Shown here piece after piece: positions 1 through 10,703 of a stretch of DNA of 64,000 bases. The position numbers were made by a program, and so were the translations under genes. How positions within the stretch are numbered: the first letter of the stretch is position 1; each line of letters begins with the position of its first letter. Source of the DNA: an uncultured Gemmatimonadota bacterium (GTDB lineage: Bacteria > JAAXHH01); contig OX638340.1 in NCBI GenBank assembly GCA_951812955.1, forward strand, positions 2,816,001 to 2,880,000, given 5' to 3'. The notes under the pieces were generated by a model that saw only the letters and a list, made by a program, of their open reading frames with translations, had not been told where the DNA came from and made no database searches.

Positions 1-301
1 GGCGTCCGGCGCCCGTATGCGGCTGAAGGACGCGCTCGAAATCCGTTACTGTATTTACGAATCAGGTCCGCTCGTGTCAAGCGAAAAGCTGTGCGCCGGC
101 CGGGCCTTTCTCCCCTTCTCTCAATGACTTTTCCTTGACTGAAAGGGGGTGTGGCGGCTATATTCCGGGATCGCGTTCCAGGCATTGAACAACCCCTCGG
201 AGTAGCGTCACGATACCGGTCGCAGGAACGTAGACCGGATCGGAGACGGCCGGGGTTGCGCAATGCGGAGAACGCGACGCGGCCAGTCGCTGGGGGATGT
301 C

Positions 302-919
302 ATGCTGAGTTCGAAAGTGAAGACCTGGTACGTGAACATGCTGGGACCCTTCGTCCGCACGTCCGTTCGATTCGGGATTCATCCCAACGCGTTGACGATG
401 CTAGGCTTCGGGATCACCCTGGCTTCGGCCTGTCTCTTCGGACTGGGTGCCTTCCGGTGGGCGGGGCTGGTCATGTTCATCGGCGGCAGTTGCGACGTAT
501 TGGACGGGCATCTCGCCCGGGAGACCGGGACGCGAAGCACCTTTGGCGCGCTCCTCGATTCCACCCTGGACCGCTATGCGGAGATCGCCGTATTCGTCGG
601 CATCATCGCATTCTATCTTTTTAACGCGGCCGAGGGCGGATTGAGCGCCTACTGGGTGCTGGCTTCCGTGATGGCCATCAGCGGTTCCCTGATGGTGAGC
701 TACGTACGGGCCCGCGCGGAGGGGCTCGGGCAGGAATGCACCGTCGGACTCATGCAGCGGCCGGAGAGGATCATCTGTCTCGGACTGGGCGCCTTGCTCG
801 GAGAAACGTACCTGCCCGTGGCGCTGGTCTTGATCGCCGTGGTGTCGAACATCACGGCCTTCTCGCGTCTGTTCTACATCCGCAAGAAGTCTGAGGAGCT
901 AAGGAGTACGGACCCATGA
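302..919 (+). CDS. CDP-alcohol phosphatidyltransferase (PgsA-like phospholipid synthase)
   Basis: ORF 263..919 carries the CDP-alcohol phosphatidyltransferase signature D-G-x2-A-R-x8-G-x3-D-x3-D (CDVLDGHLARETGTRSTFGALLDSTLD) and several hydrophobic helices. Start chosen at ATG 302 (MLSSKVKTWY) after a GGGGGA purine run; the upstream Arg-rich extension is probably not translated. Confidence 0.6.
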   Translation: MLSSKVKTWYVNMLGPFVRTSVRFGIHPNALTMLGFGITLASACLFGLGAFRWAGLVMFIGGSCDVLDGHLARETGTRSTFGALLDSTLDRYAEIAVFVGIIAFYLFNAAEGGLSAYWVLASVMAISGSLMVSYVRARAEGLGQECTVGLMQRPERIICLGLGALLGETYLPVALVLIAVVSNITAFSRLFYIRKKSEELRSTDP

Positions 920-2613
920 GAACCCGGACCAGAAGAATCGCCTTCATCGGACTTTCGGTTATTGTCCTGCTAGGCGCCGGATGGCTGCTCAATCAAGACC
1001 GCGTGCAGGCGGTTGGGGAGCAGCAGTACGATCTGAACTTGCTGACGCAGGTCGTGGAGCGCATACGCGCCAAGTACGTGGACGACCTGAACGAGGGCGA
1101 AGCGATTGACGCGGCCATCCGCGGCATGCTGGGCACGCTGGATCCCTATACCGAGTTTCTGGAGAAGAAGCAGAACGACGAAATGAAAATGATGCAGATC
1201 CAGGGGAAGTACGGTGGACTCGGCATCAAGATCACCAAGCCCAGGGAGGAAAACGCCCTCGTCGTCGTTGCGTTGTTCGACGACACGCCGGCCTTCGACG
1301 TCGGTCTGCAGACTGGCGACCGCATTGTATTGATCGAAGACCGGTCCACGGCCGAGATCGACGTTTCTCAGGCTGCGGATCTCCTCAGGGGCAGCCCGGG
1401 TACCGACGTGAAGATATCGGTCAGCCGGGAGGGGGAAGACGAATACATCGACTATACCCTGACGCGGGCCATCATAACCATACCGGTGGTTCCTTACGTT
1501 GGGATGCTGGATAACGATATCGGGTACATCAAGCTGAACCAGTTCACCGAAGAAGCCGCCAGGGAGATCGAAACGGCTTTGAATCGACTGAAAGACCAGG
1601 GCGCCCGGGGATACCTGCTAGATCTGCGCGGCAACCCGGGGGGACTGCTGGAGCAAGCCGTCGGCGTCGCGGGGAAGTTCCTGGAAGAGGACCGGCTCGT
1701 CGTATACACGATGGGGCGTCCCGGCACCGAACGGAGATCCTATCACGCTTCCGATAGCTATACACTCGTAGATGCGCCGCTGGTGGTCCTGGTCGACCGG
1801 TACAGCGCCAGCGCTTCCGAGATCGTCGCCGGTGCCATCCAGGACTGGGACCGGGGGATCGTGGCCGGCCGGCCGACTTTCGGCAAGGCCTCGGTGCAGC
1901 AGATTTTCCCCATGAACAAGGGCACCGCCCTGAAGATCACGACTGCGCGGTATTACACGCCAAGCGGCAGGTTGATCCAGAAGATCAAGGAAAGCCGGAT
2001 CAATCCTTTCGCTCCGCAAGCCGCTGCGGTCGAACCGGACGTATCCGAGGAGACGGAAAGGGAAACATACAGGACGGAAGGCGGGCGTACCGTGTACGGC
2101 GGAGGCGGGATCACGCCGGACGTCGAGTTCGATGTACCCACTTACCCCGCCCTGGTCCAGGCGCTGAACAATCAGAGTCTCTTCATCAAGTTCGCTTCGC
2201 ACTACGTGACGGGCAATCCCGACGTCGACCAGGCGACCTTTGACGTGACGGACGAAATGATCGGCGACTTCCGCCGGTTCGTCGAAGCACGTTCCTTCGA
2301 GTACACCTCCGTGGCGGAGCAGACGCTGAATGAACTGGAGGAAATCGTCCAGGACCGGACGGCTTCCACCGAGGTGCTTGAATCGCTCGCCGACCTGAGG
2401 CGGAAGCTGATCCGGCAGCATGAGCAGGAATACCAGAGGCACAGGGAATTGCTCGTGGCCCGGATCGGGACCGAGATCAGCGCGAGGCTCTGGGGAACGG
2501 CGGGACGGTACGCCTTCGCCACGAAACACGACCCCCAGATCATTACGTCTCTGGAGATACTGGCAGACGAAGAAAAGTACCGGGATCTGCTCGGAGCCGT
2601 CCCGGAGGAATAG
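916..2613 (+). CDS. Carboxy-terminal processing protease (S41 family, Ctp/Prc), PDZ-containing
   Basis: N-terminal membrane anchor and a PDZ segment (GLGIKITK...DDTPAFDVGLQTGDRIVLIED). S41 catalytic region: YLLDLRGNPGG, VLVDRYSASASEIVAGAIQD, GKASVQQ. The ATGA start overlaps the upstream stop. Confidence 0.8.
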   Translation: MRTRTRRIAFIGLSVIVLLGAGWLLNQDRVQAVGEQQYDLNLLTQVVERIRAKYVDDLNEGEAIDAAIRGMLGTLDPYTEFLEKKQNDEMKMMQIQGKYGGLGIKITKPREENALVVVALFDDTPAFDVGLQTGDRIVLIEDRSTAEIDVSQAADLLRGSPGTDVKISVSREGEDEYIDYTLTRAIITIPVVPYVGMLDNDIGYIKLNQFTEEAAREIETALNRLKDQGARGYLLDLRGNPGGLLEQAVGVAGKFLEEDRLVVYTMGRPGTERRSYHASDSYTLVDAPLVVLVDRYSASASEIVAGAIQDWDRGIVAGRPTFGKASVQQIFPMNKGTALKITTARYYTPSGRLIQKIKESRINPFAPQAAAVEPDVSEETERETYRTEGGRTVYGGGGITPDVEFDVPTYPALVQALNNQSLFIKFASHYVTGNPDVDQATFDVTDEMIGDFRRFVEARSFEYTSVAEQTLNELEEIVQDRTASTEVLESLADLRRKLIRQHEQEYQRHRELLVARIGTEISARLWGTAGRYAFATKHDPQIITSLEILADEEKYRDLLGAVPEE

Positions 2614-2664
2614 GGAGACCGGTTATCGGCAGGCAAACACCCCGGCAACATGCACGCAGGCTGC

Positions 2665-2746
2665 GCGAGGGTGGCGGAACTGGTATACGCGCTGGATTTA
2701 GGATCCAGTGGGGCAACCCATGGGGGTTCGAGTCCCCCCTCTCGCA
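2665..2746 (+). tRNA. tRNA-Leu (anticodon UAG)
   Basis: Hand-folded cloverleaf. Acceptor GCGAGGG pairs with CTCTCGC (one G-U), discriminator A, CCA not encoded. Anticodon stem CTGGA/TCCAG with loop TTTAGGA gives anticodon TAG. Long variable arm (GTGGGGCAACCCATG) typical of class II tRNA-Leu. T-arm GGGGG-TTCGAGT-CCCCC. Confidence 0.8.
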
Positions 2747-2924
2747 TCACGCCCGGGATCCTGGTTGCTTGGCCCCGGAGTCCCGGCGCTTTTCCGTTGA
2801 CATAAACCCCTCTCCACAGTTAATTAACTCGGCTTGTCGAACGGCGTTCGGGTTGATACGAGTCCGCGGCCCGATGCGGTAAAACCGACGGGCTTGTATG
2901 CGCGAGGCGCACGGAGGAAATGGC

Positions 2925-4172
2925 TTGAACTACACGGTATCCGAACCCAAACCCTGGAAACGCGTCCTGGAGATCGAAGTGCCCTCCGATGCGATTCAAT
3001 CCGAACTGAACGCCGCCTACGCGCGTTACAGTAGAGAGGTGCGCCTTCCCGGGTTCCGCCGGGGCAAGGTTCCACTCAGTGTGCTCAAGGCCCGTCTCGG
3101 CAATGAAATCCGGGCGGAAGTGCTCGAGAAGAAAATACCTGAATACCTGAACAGCGCCCACGAAAAGGCCGATATCAAGCCTATTAGCCAGCCCGTGATC
3201 GAAGAGATAGAATTCGACGAAGGACAGGACCTCAAACTCCGGGCCAGTGTGGAAGTCAAGCCCGCCATAGAATTGAAGCAATACAAGGACCTGCGGGTGA
3301 ACCGGCGGACCGTGAACGTGACCGACGAGGATATAGATCAGCGGCTGGAGGGGTTGCGGGAACGATACGCCAGCGTGGTGAACGTCGATGGTGCAGCGGA
3401 ACGGGACCACTTCATCCGGGCCGATATTCAGCATGCGGACAACAGCGGCGTGCCGATCATCGGGCGCAAGGAGGAGAACCAGTTTTTCCAGATCGGTTCC
3501 GGCCGCCTTGGAGAGGATTTCGACACCCAGTTGACCGGGGTCAGGGCCGACGAGGACCGTACCGTCCGGACCACGCTTCCGTCCGACTACCCCGACGAGA
3601 ACATGGCGGGCGGGGAAGCCTGTTTTATCGTGAGTGTCCGTGAGGTCATGGAAAGACAATTGCCGGACGCGGACGACGATTTCGCCGTGGACATCGGCAT
3701 GGAGAGCCTGGACGCCCTGAAACAGTCGATCAGGGAGGAAATCGAGCGGGAACCGGACCGGGAATTGCGCAACGACCTGGTCACGCAGATCGTGGAGGCC
3801 CACGATTTCGAGGTGCCCGAATCCATGATGACCGCCTATCTCGACCAGGTGGTGGCGGACGCGCGCCGTACCACGCGGGATCAGGACGAAGTCGACGAGA
3901 ACGCCCTTCGTCAGCAGTACCGGCCCGTGGCGAACAACCAGATCATGCGCCATCTCATCCTGGACGCCATCGGCGAGCAGGAAGGGCTGGCGGTGGATCA
4001 GGAGGAAGTGGATGAGCGGCTGGAGGCCGTCGCGGCGCGGGGCCAGGCCTCTGTCGACCAGGTTCGCAAACTCTTCCGTGAAAACGGGAGGCTGGAACGC
4101 ATCGAAGCGGATCTCAGGGAGGAGAAGGTCGTTGAGTTTCTCGTGCAGCACGCCGACATACAAGCGGAGTAG
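2925..4172 (+). CDS. tig: Trigger factor (ribosome-associated peptidyl-prolyl isomerase/chaperone)
   Basis: N-terminal ribosome-binding signature GFRRGKVP; overall tig-like architecture and the conserved position upstream of clpP-clpX. Likely TTG start at 2925 with GGAGG 7 nt upstream; the ORF track starts at ATG 2898. Confidence 0.8.
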   Translation: MNYTVSEPKPWKRVLEIEVPSDAIQSELNAAYARYSREVRLPGFRRGKVPLSVLKARLGNEIRAEVLEKKIPEYLNSAHEKADIKPISQPVIEEIEFDEGQDLKLRASVEVKPAIELKQYKDLRVNRRTVNVTDEDIDQRLEGLRERYASVVNVDGAAERDHFIRADIQHADNSGVPIIGRKEENQFFQIGSGRLGEDFDTQLTGVRADEDRTVRTTLPSDYPDENMAGGEACFIVSVREVMERQLPDADDDFAVDIGMESLDALKQSIREEIEREPDRELRNDLVTQIVEAHDFEVPESMMTAYLDQVVADARRTTRDQDEVDENALRQQYRPVANNQIMRHLILDAIGEQEGLAVDQEEVDERLEAVAARGQASVDQVRKLFRENGRLERIEADLREEKVVEFLVQHADIQAE

Positions 4173-4193
4173 GCCGACATACAAGCGGAGTAG
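4152..4193. repeat. Perfect 21-bp tandem duplication (gccgacatacaagcggagtag x2) spanning the tig stop codon
   Basis: Direct reading: unit at 4152-4172 contains the last 6 tig codons plus TAG; an identical copy lies at 4173-4193, immediately before the clpP RBS (AAGGAG). Confidence 0.9.
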
Positions 4194-4205
4194 AAGGAGC
4201 GTCTC

Positions 4206-4829
4206 ATGTTAGTACCGATGGTGATCGAACAGACGGGCCGCGGGGAACGGGCCTACGACATCTACTCTCTGCTGCTGAAGAACCGCATCGTCTTTATCGG
4301 TATGCCGATCGACGACACCATCGCGAACCTGGTGATCGCCCAGTTACTCTATTTGCAGTACGAAGACGCCGAGAAGGACATCAAACTGTACATCAACAGC
4401 CCCGGTGGCAGTATCACTGCGGGTCTGGCCATTTACGACACCATGCAGTTCATCCAGCCCGACGTGGAGACTTACTGCCTGGGCATGGCCGCCAGCATGG
4501 GCGCCTTTCTCCTCACGGCGGGCGGTGCCGGGAAACGGTACGCCCTGCCCTATGCGCGTATCCTGATCCACCAGCCTTCCATCCCCCACATGGCCGGAAC
4601 GGCGAAGGATATCGAGATCCAGGCCGAGGAAATGCTGCGCATGAAGCGGACCATGAATGAGATCATGGCCCATCACACCGGACAGTCCGTGGACAAGATT
4701 GAATCGGATACCGACAGGGACTTCTGGATGTCGCCGGAACAGGCCGTGGAGTACGGACTGGTGGACCACGTGGTCGAAACCGCCGCTTCAAAGGCCATCG
4801 CCGAATCGCTGAACGGCAAAACCGCCTAG
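4206..4829 (+). CDS. clpP: ATP-dependent Clp protease proteolytic subunit
   Basis: [30 protein letters not shown]... is the canonical ClpP N-terminus. Catalytic-Ser context [11 protein letters not shown] and His in ILIHQPS. AAGGAG RBS 6 nt upstream. Confidence 0.93.
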   Translation: MLVPMVIEQTGRGERAYDIYSLLLKNRIVFIGMPIDDTIANLVIAQLLYLQYEDAEKDIKLYINSPGGSITAGLAIYDTMQFIQPDVETYCLGMAASMGAFLLTAGGAGKRYALPYARILIHQPSIPHMAGTAKDIEIQAEEMLRMKRTMNEIMAHHTGQSVDKIESDTDRDFWMSPEQAVEYGLVDHVVETAASKAIAESLNGKTA

Positions 4830-4838
4830 GACGGGATC

Positions 4839-6086
4839 ATGAAGAAGCGATCGACGCCGCGGGACCTCCGCTGCTCCTTCTGCAACAGAAACTCCGACGA
4901 GGTGGAACGCCTCATCACGGGTCCGAACGTGTACATCTGCAACGAGTGCATCCTGATGTGCAACGGGATCCTGGCCGAGGAAATGAGCCGCAGCACCCTG
5001 TCGACCGTCGAGGATCTTCCGCTGCCCACGGAAATCAACGAGGCGCTGGACGAATACGTCATCGGCCAGGAGCAGGCCAAGAAGGTCCTTTCCGTGGCCG
5101 TATATAACCACTACAAGCGCATTCAGCACAGCGCCTCCCAGGACGACGTGGAGCTCGAGAAGAGCAACATCCTGCTGGTCGGTCCCACGGGTACCGGGAA
5201 GACGCTCCTTGCCCAGACGCTGGCGAAGATGCTCCACGTGCCTTTCTGCATCGCGGACGCTACGGTGCTCACGGAAGCCGGTTACGTGGGCGAAGACGTG
5301 GAGAGCGTGCTGGTCCGGCTGCTCCAGGCCGCGGACTACGACGTGCCGAAAGCCGAAAGCGGCATCGTCTATATCGACGAGGTCGACAAGGTGGCGCGCA
5401 AGTCGGCCAACCCCTCCATCACCCGCGACGTGTCGGGAGAAGGCGTGCAGCAGTCCCTGCTCAAAATGCTGGAGGGCACCATCGCCAACGTACCCCCGAA
5501 GGGCGGACGGAAACACCCGGAACAGAACTTCGTCCAGATCAACACGCGGAACATCCTCTTCATCTGCGGCGGCGCCTTCGACGATCTCGACCAGATCATC
5601 GAGCGGCGGACCGCGGAAGGCACCATCGGATTCGGCGGCGTGTCGAGAAACCCCGCGGGACGCAACACGGGCGAACTCCTCGCCCGGGTCGAACCGGACG
5701 ACCTGCTGCAATACGGACTCATCCCCGAGATCATCGGCCGGCTGCCCGTGATCGCCACGCTGGGCGAACTGGACGCCGAGGCGCTGATGGAAATCCTGCT
5801 CAAGCCGAAGAACGCCCTCGTAAAGCAGTACCAGCGACTGCTGGAATTGGAAAACGTCAAGCTGACCTTCACGGACGAGTCGCTCACGGCAGTGGTAAAC
5901 GAGGCGATGGACAAGAAGACCGGCGCGCGGTCGCTGAGGTCCATCCTCGAGGATGTGATGCTCGACGTGATGTTCAACGCGCCGACGCAGGAAGACCTGA
6001 GGGAAGTGGTCATCACCGAAGAAACCGTCACGGAAAAATCTCCCCCCGTCTACGTACAGGACAAAGAAAGCAAGCAAAGCGCCTGA
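4839..6086 (+). CDS. clpX: ATP-dependent Clp protease ATP-binding subunit ClpX
   Basis: N-terminal C4 zinc finger (CSFCNR...CNEC), Walker [16 protein letters not shown], Walker [10 protein letters not shown], sensor region LGELD; placed directly after clpP. Confidence 0.93.
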   Translation: MKKRSTPRDLRCSFCNRNSDEVERLITGPNVYICNECILMCNGILAEEMSRSTLSTVEDLPLPTEINEALDEYVIGQEQAKKVLSVAVYNHYKRIQHSASQDDVELEKSNILLVGPTGTGKTLLAQTLAKMLHVPFCIADATVLTEAGYVGEDVESVLVRLLQAADYDVPKAESGIVYIDEVDKVARKSANPSITRDVSGEGVQQSLLKMLEGTIANVPPKGGRKHPEQNFVQINTRNILFICGGAFDDLDQIIERRTAEGTIGFGGVSRNPAGRNTGELLARVEPDDLLQYGLIPEIIGRLPVIATLGELDAEALMEILLKPKNALVKQYQRLLELENVKLTFTDESLTAVVNEAMDKKTGARSLRSILEDVMLDVMFNAPTQEDLREVVITEETVTEKSPPVYVQDKESKQSA

Positions 6087-6131
6087 CCTGACCCCTACCC
6101 CGCGGACCTTCCACTCGAACCGGCGGCGAAA

Positions 6132-8558
6132 ATGTCTCCCATGATTACCCTGAAGCGCAACGATCCCATTACATTCGACGACAAGCTGCCGCTCATTCCC
6201 CTCCGCGAGGTGGTCGTTTTTCCTTACATGGAATACCCCCTCATTATCGCGCGGGACGCTTCCATCAAGGCCCTTGAACACGGCGTCAACAACGACCGGT
6301 TGCTCTTCCTGACCGCCCAGCGCAATCCCGACATCGAAACCCCCGAAAAGGGCGATGTGCATCGAACGGGGATCGTGGCCCGTATTCTGCAGGTGGTGAA
6401 ACTTCCGAACAACTTGATCCGGGTTCTCGTCGAGGGGATCGTCCGCGCAAAGGTCGTCCGGTTTCTGTCATCGGATCCCTATATGCGAGTGAAAATCGCG
6501 CTGGTCGAGGAAACCGACGACAACCAGGCCGAGGTGCAGGCGAGACTGCGGACGGTCGTGGATCAGTTCTCGGAGTACATAAAGCTGAACCAGCAGGCGC
6601 CCGACGAGATACTGCTGTCACTTCAGAACATGGACGACGCCCAGCGCCTGGCGGACACTATGTCGGCCTTCATCCAGCAAAGCCCCCAGGTGAAGCAGCG
6701 GCTCATCGAGGCGCCGTCGATTATCGAGCAACTCGACGAGTTGGCGGCCATCCTGGCGACGGAACTGGAGATCCTGGAGATCAAGAACCATCTCGACGGC
6801 GAGGTCCGGGACCGAATCACCAAGTCTCAGCGGGAGTTCTTCCTCCAGGAACAGATGCGTGTGATCAAGCAGGAACTGGGTGAACTGGAGGAGTTGCCGG
6901 AAAACCTGGGCGGGCTGGCGCAGCAGGTAGCGGATGCGAAGATGCCCAAAGAAGCCCACGAAAAGGCCATGACTGAACTGGAAAAACTCCAACAGATGCA
7001 TCCGACCTCCCCCGAAGCGACGGTGATCCGCAACTACCTCGAATGGCTCGTCGAAGTGCCGTGGAGAAAACGTACGCGGGACCGCCGGGATATCGGCCGT
7101 GTGGAGTCCGTGCTCGACGCCGATCACTACGGGCTGGAAAAACCGAAGGAACATATCCTCGAGTACTTGTCGGTCATCCAGCTGACACGGCACCTGAAGG
7201 GACCGATCCTGTGCCTGGTCGGTCCCCCGGGCGTGGGCAAGACGTCCCTCGGTCGTTCGATCGCGCACGCCATGGGCCGGAAATTCGTCCGCATGTCCCT
7301 CGGCGGCGTGCACGACGAGGCCGAGATAAGGGGCCATCGCCGGACCTATATCGGTTCCATGCCTGGACGGATCATCCAGGCGATGCGCCGCGCAGGGACC
7401 GTCAATCCGGTGATCCTGCTCGACGAGGTGGACAAGCTGGGGCGGGACGTGCGCGGCGACCCCGCGTCGGCCCTGCTGGAAGTGCTGGATCCCGAACAGA
7501 ACAACGCCTTCAACGACCACTACCTCGAAGTGGATTACGATCTGTCCCGCGTGCTGTTTCTGACGACGGCCAATACGACGGACACCATCCCCCCCGCGCT
7601 GAACGACCGCATGGAGATCCTCGAGCTGCCCGGTTATCTCGAAACCCAGAAACTGGCCATCGCACAGGGATTCCTGGTGCCGAAACAGATCGAAGCCCAC
7701 GGACTGAAAAAAGAACGCGTCACGTTCAGGAAGGACGCCCTGCTGGGCATCATCCGGGAATATACCCGCGAAGCCGGCGTCCGGGGCCTGGAACGGCACA
7801 TCGCCGCGATCTGCCGCAAGCTGGCCCGCAAGGTGGTGGAAGGCAGTGCACGGAAACGGATGCAGGTTACGCGCAAACAGCTTTCAAACTACCTCGGCGT
7901 TCCGCGCTACCTGGACTCCGAAGTCATGAAACAGGATTCGGTGGGCCTTGCCACCGGGCTTGCATGGACGCAGTCGGGCGGGGACATTCTCTCCATCGAG
8001 GTCAGCGTCCTGAACCGCCGCGGTTCGGGACGGCTGACGCTGACCGGCCAACTGGGGGAAGTGATGCAGGAATCGGCCCACGCGGCGCTTACCTATGCCC
8101 GGTCCAGGGCCGCGTCACTGGGACTCGAGCCGGACTTCTACAAGAACGTCGAGATCCACGTGCACATGCCCGAAGGCGCGATCCCAAAGGACGGTCCGTC
8201 CGCCGGGATCACCATCGCGACGGCGCTCTGCTCGGCGCTGACCGGCGTGCCGGTTCGTTGCGATATTGCCATGACGGGCGAAATCACGCTACGGGGCAAC
8301 GTGTTACCCATCGGCGGCCTGAACGAGAAACTGATTGCCGCGCTCCGGGCCGGGATCAGGGAAGTGTTGATACCGCTCCGAAACCGGAAGGACCTGGTGG
8401 ATGTCCCGCCGGAGGTGAAGGGCGAGATCGAAATCTGTCCCGTATCGACCATGGACGAAGTTCTGAAACGAACCATGGGCATTCAGGTCGTGGAATCCCC
8501 CGTACCCGGGCTGATCCCCAGTCCGTCCGTCGCGCAGCCGGCCATTAAGCCAGTCTAG
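6132..8558 (+). CDS. lon: ATP-dependent Lon protease (LonA)
   Basis: Lon N-domain ([15 protein letters not shown]), AAA+ Walker [19 protein letters not shown]16 catalytic Ser in [15 protein letters not shown]. Conserved tig-clpP-clpX-lon order. Confidence 0.93.
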   Translation: MSPMITLKRNDPITFDDKLPLIPLREVVVFPYMEYPLIIARDASIKALEHGVNNDRLLFLTAQRNPDIETPEKGDVHRTGIVARILQVVKLPNNLIRVLVEGIVRAKVVRFLSSDPYMRVKIALVEETDDNQAEVQARLRTVVDQFSEYIKLNQQAPDEILLSLQNMDDAQRLADTMSAFIQQSPQVKQRLIEAPSIIEQLDELAAILATELEILEIKNHLDGEVRDRITKSQREFFLQEQMRVIKQELGELEELPENLGGLAQQVADAKMPKEAHEKAMTELEKLQQMHPTSPEATVIRNYLEWLVEVPWRKRTRDRRDIGRVESVLDADHYGLEKPKEHILEYLSVIQLTRHLKGPILCLVGPPGVGKTSLGRSIAHAMGRKFVRMSLGGVHDEAEIRGHRRTYIGSMPGRIIQAMRRAGTVNPVILLDEVDKLGRDVRGDPASALLEVLDPEQNNAFNDHYLEVDYDLSRVLFLTTANTTDTIPPALNDRMEILELPGYLETQKLAIAQGFLVPKQIEAHGLKKERVTFRKDALLGIIREYTREAGVRGLERHIAAICRKLARKVVEGSARKRMQVTRKQLSNYLGVPRYLDSEVMKQDSVGLATGLAWTQSGGDILSIEVSVLNRRGSGRLTLTGQLGEVMQESAHAALTYARSRAASLGLEPDFYKNVEIHVHMPEGAIPKDGPSAGITIATALCSALTGVPVRCDIAMTGEITLRGNVLPIGGLNEKLIAALRAGIREVLIPLRNRKDLVDVPPEVKGEIEICPVSTMDEVLKRTMGIQVVESPVPGLIPSPSVAQPAIKPV

Positions 8559-8640
8559 CCGTCCGGCCCTCGCAGGCCTAGCCGTCCGTCGCGCAGCCGG
8601 CCATTAAGCCAGTCTAGCCGTCCGGCTCTCGCAGGTCTCC
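8521..8640. repeat. Tandem duplication (period 59 bp, 2 copies, ~95% identity) covering the lon 3' end and the tsaE 3' end
   Basis: Copy A 8523-8581 and copy B 8582-8640 (ccgtccgtcgcgcagccggccattaagccagtctagccgtccggcYctcgcaggYct). The lon stop TAG sits in copy A (8556-8558). The stop and last 8 codons of the convergent tsaE are encoded on the opposite strand of copy B (8614-8640). Confidence 0.85.
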
Positions 8641-9150
8641 TCCTGGGTACCTCAGAGCTCGGGAAACATCTGCTTCCAGATCGGAAACCAGGTTTCCGGC
8701 GCCGGTGATCTCCAGCATTCTCCCCGTGCCTTCTCCGATTTCGATATGGACCGTGATCGCGCTGGAGGGCATGATCTCCGGGAATTTGTCTCCCCATTCA
8801 ATGAGGCAGACACGAGTGTCCACGTACTCGTCGAAACCGAGATCCAGCACCGAATCCGCGCTGTCCAGGCGGTAAAGGTCGAAGTGGGCCACCGGAACCC
8901 GGCCGTCGTATTCGTTCACGAGGGTGAAGGTGGGACTCGTTACAGGTTCGCCGATGCCGAGCCCAACGCAGATCCCCTGTATGAAACAGGTCTTCCCCGC
9001 GCCGAGATCGCCGGACACCCGCACCGTGTCACCCGGTTCCAGCCAATTGGCCAGGCGCCCTCCGATCCGTGCAGTCTGTCCCGGACCGTCCGACCTGAAA
9101 CTGCGCTGTTCCCGATGGACCGGCGTGTCCGAATGAATAGGATCGCTCAC
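8614..9150 (-). CDS. tsaE: tRNA threonylcarbamoyladenosine (t6A) biosynthesis ATPase TsaE (YjeE)
   Basis: P-loop GDLGAGKT and the TsaE signature TSPTFTLVNEY; ~170 aa; its start overlaps the serS stop (operon serS-tsaE on the minus strand). Confidence 0.75.
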   Translation of the reverse strand: MSDPIHSDTPVHREQRSFRSDGPGQTARIGGRLANWLEPGDTVRVSGDLGAGKTCFIQGICVGLGIGEPVTSPTFTLVNEYDGRVPVAHFDLYRLDSADSVLDLGFDEYVDTRVCLIEWGDKFPEIMPSSAITVHIEIGEGTGRMLEITGAGNLVSDLEADVSRALRYPGGDLREPDG

Positions 9151-10415
9151 CCGATTTCCTTCAATCCGCCCATGTAGGGAACCAGTACCTCAGGAATACG
9201 GATGCTTCCCCGCACGGTCTGATAGTGCTCGATCACCGCGATCAGGGTCCGCGCCATGCCCATGCCCGATCCGTTCAGGGTATGTACGAACCGGCTCTTG
9301 CCGGCCTTGTCCCGGTAACGGATCCCGCTTCTCCGCGCCTGGAAATCCTCGAAGTTGCTGCAGGAGGAGACCTCTAGCCACCGGTTCACGCCGGGCGCCC
9401 AGGCTTCCAGGTCGTAGCATTTGGCCGCCGCGAAACTCAGCTCTCCCGTGCACAGCGCCACCACGCGGTAGGGGATGTTCAGCAATTGCAGCACTTCTTC
9501 CGCGTCGTTGACCAGCGTTTCCAATTCGTCGTACGAAGTCTCGGGCCGCACGAACTTGACCATCTCCACCTTGTCAAACTGATGAACCCGGATCAGCCCC
9601 CTGGTCTCCCGCCCGTAGGATCCGGCTTCGCGGCGAAAACAGGGGCTGTAGGCCGTGTAGCGGATCGGCAGGTCGTCCTCCGGGAGTATTTCGTCGCGGT
9701 GCATGTTGGTAACCGGCACCTCCGCCGTGGGGATGAGGAACAGGTCGTCCATGTCGGTGCGGTACATGTCCTCTTCCATCTTCGGCAACTGACCGGTGCC
9801 GAACATGCTCTGGCGGTTTACGATGTAGGGCGGTATGATTTCCGTGTACCCGTGCTTCCGGATGTGGAGGTCGAGCATGAACTGGATCAACGCCCGCTGC
9901 AGCCGGGCGCCCTCACCCTTGAAGAGGACGAAGTGACTGCCCGATATCTTGCCCGCCCGTTGAAAGTCGATGATGTCGAGCGCTTCCCCGATGTCCCAGT
10001 GGGCCTTGCGTTCGAATTCCACTTCGGGCGTGTCGCCCCAGTGACGCACCTCCACGTTGGCGCTTTCGTCGGCGCCGACCGGCACCGTGGGATGGGGTAT
10101 GTTGGGCAGGCGCTCAAGTATGGCCTGCAGGCTGTCCTGGAGACCCGCCAGATCCGCGTCTATACCCTTGATCCGCGTGGACACCTCACGCATTTCCGCG
10201 ATCCGTTCGGAAGCGTCTTCGCCGTCCCGTTTCATGCGCGCGATTTCGTCGGACACGGTGTTCCGCCGCTGCTTGAGCGACTCGACCGTCTGCAGCAGTT
10301 CCCTCCGCCGCTCGTCCAGGTCGAGGAACCGGTCGACGTCGACCCGCTCGTTCTTGTTCGCGGCCGCCTGTCTTACCGCTTCTGGGTTTTGCCTGACGAA
10401 CCGCTGGTCTAACAT
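9147..10415 (-). CDS. serS: Seryl-tRNA synthetase
   Basis: N-terminal coiled-coil arm beginning MLDQRFVRQNPEAV (classic SerS start), then class II aaRS core motifs (FRREAGS.., GLIRVHQF, RETRGL). The ORF track extends 18 codons further upstream (to 10469); the internal ATG at 10415 is the likely start. Confidence 0.85.
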   Translation of the reverse strand: MLDQRFVRQNPEAVRQAAANKNERVDVDRFLDLDERRRELLQTVESLKQRRNTVSDEIARMKRDGEDASERIAEMREVSTRIKGIDADLAGLQDSLQAILERLPNIPHPTVPVGADESANVEVRHWGDTPEVEFERKAHWDIGEALDIIDFQRAGKISGSHFVLFKGEGARLQRALIQFMLDLHIRKHGYTEIIPPYIVNRQSMFGTGQLPKMEEDMYRTDMDDLFLIPTAEVPVTNMHRDEILPEDDLPIRYTAYSPCFRREAGSYGRETRGLIRVHQFDKVEMVKFVRPETSYDELETLVNDAEEVLQLLNIPYRVVALCTGELSFAAAKCYDLEAWAPGVNRWLEVSSCSNFEDFQARRSGIRYRDKAGKSRFVHTLNGSGMGMARTLIAVIEHYQTVRGSIRIPEVLVPYMGGLKEIG

Positions 10416-10547
10416 ATTCCCTCCGTGACCGGTCGCGCCGGTCGAACGGGCCGCTTTCCTTGTAACCATGGGTTGTTTTAACGCTACAAATCACGGTAAA
10501 ATAGGAGGATGTCACCGTTCCCGGCAAGCAGAAACGTCGTAAGCCTG

Positions 10548-10640
10548 CCGAAGGGCACGGCATGCGCGGAAGGACCGTCCCGGTTCGCCGCCTACCGAAG
10601 GGCGCGGCATGCGCTGGAAGGACCGTCCCGGTTCGCCGCC
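10548..10640. repeat. Imperfect 45/46-bp tandem duplication in the serS upstream / DUF2400 downstream intergenic region
   Basis: ccgaagggcacggcatgcgcggaaggaccgtcccggttcgccgcc (10548-10592), spacer 'ta', then ccgaagggcgcggcatgcgctggaaggaccgtcccggttcgccgcc (10595-10640). Read directly from the sequence. Confidence 0.85.
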
Positions 10641-10703
10641 GAACGTCGGACTTGGCAGGAGATCTCTCGTCGGCACGTGCGGAACGCCGGCCCAGCCGGA
10701 AGG

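Noticed and set aside
4788-6362. 524-aa minus ORF antisense to clpX, and 454-aa minus ORF (2820-4184) antisense to tig
   Set aside because: Both are antisense to conserved housekeeping genes and show no recognisable motifs.
7043-8548. 501-aa +2-frame ORF and 393-aa minus ORF (6618-7799) inside lon
   Set aside because: These are alternative frames of the Lon coding region. The translations are Arg/Pro/Gly-rich with no domains. Artefact of high GC.
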